From NCBI GenBank assembly GCA_964016885.1, contig OZ024745.1, positions 22,444,001-22,508,000 of the forward strand: a stretch of 64,000 bases of DNA, written 5' to 3'. Each line of letters begins with the position of its first letter. Position 1 is the first letter of the stretch. The notes beneath the pieces are model-generated. The model had not been told where the DNA came from and ran no database searches. It was given only the letters and a program-made list of their open reading frames with translations. The position numbers and the translations under genes were made by a program. The DNA is from Eledone cirrhosa. Taxonomy: Eukaryota. Positions 57,519-64,000 of this stretch are shown here, piece after piece.

Positions 57519-58874
57519 GGGTCGATACACGCAGGACTTGAACTCATTAATTAGAATGGTGAAACTATGGATAAATATCCCAGGGTAGCGAGGGAACATT
57601 AATGGCGACCAGAACAATAACAAGAAGAATTCGAGCAACAGGGGATAATGAACAATAATTGCAGTGAGGTCAATGACACAGCAACAACAAAGAAGAGGAA
57701 GATGATGAGGATTAGGAGGAGGAGGAGGAGGAGGATGAGAAGGAGGAGGAGAGGAAGGGGCAGGAGAAGGGGATTCAAAGAAGAAAAAGAAAAGTGAGGA
57801 GAACTACACGAGGAAAAGCAACAACAACAAAAAAAGAAAAACAAATGAATAAGAAAAAGAAGAAACATCTGATGACATTAATAAAACTACGGAAAGGATG
57901 AAGAGAAAGGAGAAGGGAAAAGAAGAGGAAGAGGGGGAGGGGTGGAAAAGAGGGAAGTGGAAGTGGAGGAGAAGAAAACAGGAACTACAGGGAAAGAGAA
58001 AAGGGTACACAGAGAGACAAGTTAGGTTGAGGGAGAGACACAGAGAGAGATAGGGGGGGGGCAGAGATAGAGACAGAGACAGGGAGATGGGGAGAGGAGA
58101 AGTGTGGGTAGAAAAAAGATTTGAGGGGTGGGGTTAGAAGAAGAATTGATATCCAAAATTTTCTGTAGAAATACGACAGTATGCTGAAAAGTTCATAGGC
58201 TGACTCTGAAACATTGATGCTACAGCTGTGAAATCTTGCATGCATTAATTTCAACTCTTCTTCTTAATAACTGCATTGTTTCTTTGCAGGGACTATGTTG
58301 AAAGATAAACCTCATTTGGTCATTCCATGAGAGTCACTTGGTCAGCCAATGAACTTTTCAGTCGACCGCGTACAAAACTGAAGAGAAATGACGAAAGTAA
58401 AAATTTGAACATGTAGTATATGTTTAGGCCGATGTTGGGGTTGAGATTCCGTAGTTATGTCCTTCATTTAATGGAACGGTATGGTGGCATTTGGGGGATA
58501 TTCACCTGTTATTTCTAGCTAGTTGAAGGATCATCTAGATGTTTCTTGTGTGTCAGGTGAATATATATATGAGTATATAGATAGTCAGATATATGAACAA
58601 TATACACACACGCACATATACACGCACAGAAACACGCACACACACACGCACACAGACAAACACACACAGGCACACAGACACACACGCAGATACACATTCA
58701 CAATCTGAACGGAACGCGATCAAGTCAGTCACCTACATATCCAATCTCCGTCGTTTCTTACTGTTCTTCCCACAGGCAATAGCACACACATACACACACA
58801 TACACACACACACATACACACAAATACACACACACACATACACACACACACACCTATATATATATATATATATT

Positions 58875-59410
58875 TTTTGAGCTGACTTTTGGGATGCTCC
58901 CATACAGCTCTGAGTTTTTCATCCTCAGTGTATACTGATTAATGTTCAGAGCCATCCTCAGCATTCTCGTGTAGCACCCATCCACCATCTGAGTGAGTCT
59001 CTTGGTCAGTGTCCAAGTCTCAGACCCATACAGCAGCACAGACTCCACTACAGCAATGAAGAGGCGGATTTTCAGGTCTCTACGAAGGTCCGACTTCCAC
59101 ACCGATCTCAAGCTGTGACACGCCGCCCAGGCCTTGCTCTTCCTCTCAACCACATCATCTTCCGTATTCCCAGAGGAGACTGAGGTTGGCTGGACATGCT
59201 CACCGACATCCAGAGTTGACATTGCACTCAGTGCTCCTTTGGGAGCCCCTACATGGACACACTAGAAGAGGAAGACCAAGGTTAACATATGTTGATGCCC
59301 TAAGGACAGACACTGGTCTGTTGGAGATGCAGGATATGGCAGCGATAATGAGGGACAGAGACCGCTGGAGAGAACTCGTCCATGGATCTCGGGAATTTTA
59401 CCCGCCTTAG
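58875..59410 (+). mobile_element. RTE-group LINE 3' fragment with inverted 5' portion
   Basis: 58875-59171 (-) ESVLLYGSETWTLT...RMLR; 59172-59410 (+) RLAGH...RGRPRLTYVD...DRDRW. Confidence 0.9.
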
Positions 59411-59666
59411 ATAGATATATATATATGAAAAATAGCGTGCTGTGTTGTTGCAAATGTGATATACAAATTAAAATGAAGAATTAGAAATAGAAGCTAAGAC
59501 TATCCATCATCAGTTGTCTACTAGCCATCATAGGTATTTCTTCGCATTAAAGACCAGATACCTCAGGCTAGCGCGAACAATAACTAAAATAAGTTATTGG
59601 GATAAAAAGAATTGGGTGGAGAAAGAGAGACTGGTAAACAAACATGGATCCCGGGAATTTTACCCG

Positions 59667-59737
<71 letters not shown>

Positions 59738-60287
59738 TGGAAACAAAGTTCCCGCACAACTTTGTAAATAAATGTATGTGGGAACTTTCCAGCCCAATAC
59801 ATATAAATATATAGGTGTGTGTGGGTATAGAGAGTAGTGATGAATTATTTAGCATTGGATATCCAGAGTTGGAGAACACTCAATCTGTAGAAAGTGTTTG
59901 TATCATTTATTACACTAACAATCGCATCATTTAAGTACAATTGTTCCGCTAGCCGTTTGTTTCAGATCTCTTACTAATAGCAGACTCCAGTTCGTCAGCC
60001 AATATTGTTATCATATAGTGTTTATAAGGATATAAATAGATAGATATTTTATAACTGTGAAACAATACCAATAATTTCAGGACCAGGAGTTTCGTGCTTA
60101 AAAACAGCTTGATAAGTCCCCTTAAGAATGAAACTCCTGTCCGTAGAGTTTTTAATAATATTTTACTCACACACGTACGTATATATGTATGATTATATAG
60201 GAAAATGTAGACCCCGAGGGCAGAGCTCAAGCCGTTTCGACGGCTAATTCTGGACTCATGTATGATTATATTTCTGGACTATGTATG

Positions 60288-60339
<52 letters not shown>

Positions 60340-60340
<1 letters not shown>

Positions 60341-60702
60341 AAAAGAATGCAACGAAATTTCATTTCTCACTCTTAGTACGGCTGGTACTTAAATGTAAGT
60401 ATGTATACGTACATACATATATGTATACAGACGTACAGTAGTATGTATATATATACATACATGCACACATATATATATATATGTACGTATGGGTTTACCG
60501 AACATTTATTATAATGCTCGGTTTGTTTGTAAACAAACAGCCCGAATTACGCCGTACAGTGTCTAGCAACCATCGTTGCTCATTTGTTCAACGCTGACAC
60601 AGGAACGATGTACTAGTTTCAAGCTTATTAGCTATCGTCAGCATCGTATACCTTCCTGTCAGATGGTTGAACGTCTGAAAGTATATACTTTCCTTATGCA
60701 TA
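60340..60702 (-). mobile_element. Retrozyme-like unit, permutation 3, hammerhead at 60606-60646
   Basis: On plus it starts with the sequence that ends 39621-40048; stem I CGAUG/CAUCG. Confidence 0.8.
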
Positions 60703-60740
60703 TATATATATATACATATACATATATATATATATATATG

Positions 60741-60989
60741 TCACTCAAAAGTGACCAAGAGGAGATTGAGGTTAGCTGGACATGCTCACCGACATCCAAA
60801 GTTGACATTGCACTCAGTGCTCCTATGGGAGCCCCTACATGGACACACTGGAAGAGGAAGACCAAGGTTAACGTATGTTGATGCCTTAAGGACAGACACT
60901 GGGCTGTTGGAGACGCAGGACATGGCAGCGAAAATGAGGGACAGAGACCGCTGGAGAGAACTCTTCATGGATCTCGAGAATTTTACCGG

Positions 60990-60995
<6 letters not shown>
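60741..60995 (+). mobile_element. RTE-group LINE 3' fragment (same family; 27-bp tip also at 59643-59670)
   Basis: SKVTKRRLRLAGHAHRHP...DRDRW, ending in (TA)n. Confidence 0.9.
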
Positions 60996-61072
<77 letters not shown>

Positions 61073-61394
61073 AAACAAAGAAGGTGTGGTGTAAGATACC
61101 AGGTAAACCATAACGCACTAGAGTACTCGATACTTAGGGTAGTAGAGTGTGTAATAGGAAAAGAGTCAGGACCCCAACTGCTGAGCTCCGGCCGTTCGGA
61201 TCTAGCTGTCGAAACGGCCGGAGCTCAGCCGTCGGGGGCCTGACTCTTTTCCTATTATATATATATATATGACTCTCCCTTTTTATATAACGAAACATAA
61301 ATAGATAGATTAAAGAGAGAAAGAGAAAGAGAGAAAAGTCAACCTTCCAATATGTGCAAGGAGTGAAGAATTACTGTGTATGTATGTGTATGAG

Positions 61395-61425
<31 letters not shown>

Positions 61426-62078
61426 CTGTGTGTGTGTTTGTGTGTTTGTGAGGGTGTCTGTATGTGTGTCTGTGTGTGAGTGTGTATGTGTGTGTGTGAG
61501 TGTGTGTGTGTGTAAGAAAGAGAGTCGGGTTAGTTGATAGAGTATGAGAGAAGAGTTTGTGTGAAAGGAGAAAATATGGTGAAGAGAAAGAGAGGGAGAG
61601 ATACAGGCAGACATACAGACAGAGAGTCTGTTGTGCAGACATTGCAAGGTTAGAGTTGAGTAAGAAAAGAAAATAGTGAGAGAGATATTAATATATATAT
61701 AAGGGTGGCGTAGGAAATCAGAGTGTGTAATCTAGAGAGGGGGGGGGGCGAGAGGGGCAGAGGGAGGGAGAGATAGATAGATAGATAGAAAGTATGGACG
61801 CAAAGCGAGAGAGAATTATAGAGAGGGGGTTGAGGGAGAGAGAGAAAGTAAGGACTTGAAGCGAAAGAGAATTTGAGAGAGAGATAGAGAGGATGGACAT
61901 AAAAATAAGAGAAGTAAAGAGAGAGGGACAGAATGAGTGAAAGAGAAAGGGAGATAAGGATGTAGAGAAAGAGAGGGGGAGATAGAAAGGATGGACGTAA
62001 GGCGAGAGTGAATTAGAGAGAGAGAGTGAAAATATAGAGAGAGAAAGAGGGAGAATGCGTGTGTGTGTGTGTGTGTGT

Positions 62079-62187
<109 letters not shown>

Positions 62188-62423
62188 GTTTGATTGTGTG
62201 TGTGCGGTTGTGTGTGTGTGGCTTAGTTAAGCGAAGTTTGAGATTGAGGTTCAGCTAATTAGATTGAAGCTACGGGGAGAAGGAGGTCAGCTCGAGTTGA
62301 GTGGAAGGTGAAAGGTGAAGCTCGAAGCAAATCAATAAACGAATGTATTGGCTTTGCCGGCTGCCGGAAGTTACAGAAAGATCCGCCATGATGGTGCAAA
62401 GAGAAAGAAAAAAGAGAAGGAAG

Positions 62424-62460
<37 letters not shown>

Positions 62461-62529
62461 AGAGAGAGAGATATGTATATATATAGATATATAGATATAT
62501 ATATATACCTATATATATATATGAGAGAG

Positions 62530-62597
<68 letters not shown>

Positions 62598-62599
62598 AT

Positions 62600-62688
<89 letters not shown>

Positions 62689-62964
62689 AATATATATATA
62701 TATGCATAATATATATATAATATGTATGTGTGAGTTTGTGTGTTTATATATATGTGCGTGTATATATATAGATATATATACATATATAGATATATATACA
62801 TATATAGATATATATACATATATATGTGTGTGTGGAGAGAGAGAAGGAGAGAGACGGAAAGAGAAGGTATAAAGAATAGAACCAAAAGAGAGGGAATAAT
62901 GTGAAGGTTAACCAAAGTTGATTGAAGATTTGTGCAGCCAAGAGAGTAGAACACGTAATTATAT

Positions 62965-64000
62965 AGGTATATATACACACAGAGGCACACACAGACCCAC
63001 ACGTATATATACACACAGAGGCACACACAGAGGCACACACATATATATACACACAGAGGCACACACAGACCCACACACAGAGGCACACACAGACCCACAC
63101 ACATATATATACACACAGAGGCACACACAGACCCACACGTATATATACACACAGAGGCACACACAGACGCACACACACATATATATATATACACACAGAG
63201 GCACACACAGAGGGACACACAGAGGCACGCATAGACGCACACACACATATATATATATACACACAGAGGCACACACAGAGGGACACGCAGAGGCACGCAT
63301 AGACGCACACACATATATATACACACAGAGGCACACACAGACGCACACACACATATATATATATACACACAGAGGCACACACAGAGGGACACGCAGAGGC
63401 ACGCATAGACGCACACACATATATATACACACAGAGGCACACACAGACCCACACGTATATATAAACACAGAGGCACACACAGACGCACACACACATATAT
63501 ATATATATATATATACACACAGAGGCCCACACAGACGCACAGGTATATATACACACAGAGGCACACACAGACGCACAGGTATATATACACACAGAGGCAC
63601 ACACAGACGCACAGGTATATATACACACAGAGGCACACACAGACGCACAGATATATATATATACACATAGAGGCACACACAGACGCACACATATATATAC
63701 ATACACATAGAGGCACACACAGACGCACACATATATGCACGCACAGAGGCGCACACAGACGCACACATATATACACTCACAGAGGCACACACAGACGCAC
63801 ACATATATACACTCACAGAGGCACACACAGACGCACACATATATACACGCACAGAGGCACACACAGACGCACACATATATGCACTCACAGAGGCGCACAC
63901 AGACGCATACATATATACACTCACAGAGGCACACACATATACACGCACAGAGGCACACACAGACGCACACACATATATATACGCAGAGAGGCACACACAT
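62965..64000. repeat. ~28-34-bp minisatellite (ACACACAGAGGCACACACAGACGCAC-ATATAT)
   Basis: Tandem units to the window end. Confidence 0.92.

Noticed and set aside
62259-64000. Cys/Val-rich ORFs and a CRISPR-like periodicity
   Set aside because: Minisatellite with no unique spacers and no cas genes; eukaryotic context

Overview
Eukaryotic, AT-rich, microsatellite-saturated DNA with no recognisable host protein-coding exon. The repeat landscape ((TA)n, (CA)n, (CAT)n, an abundant tRNA-derived SINE) looks like a coleoid cephalopod, probably octopus; this is inference. Almost all long ORFs in the track are simple-repeat artefacts. Real coding remnants are two 5'-truncated Penelope-like retroelements (RT/thumb + GIY-YIG), an internally deleted mariner with ~100-bp TIRs, a Helitron helicase pseudogene and several LINE fragments (RTE, CR1/L2, L1-Tx1). 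The main hidden signal is a dense, diverse set of self-cleaving ribozyme motifs. About 18 type I hammerhead motifs from roughly 11 sequence families sit in short non-coding inserts within (TA)n tracts. They include U3-A8 core variants, giant stem II variants and copies with compensatory stem changes. Several inserts are circularly permuted or terminally redundant (retrozyme-like), and many are fold-back palindromes of the kind seen at the 5' end of one Penelope ORF. Two HDV-like ribozyme candidates lie near the window start. All RNA structures were folded by eye and are untested.
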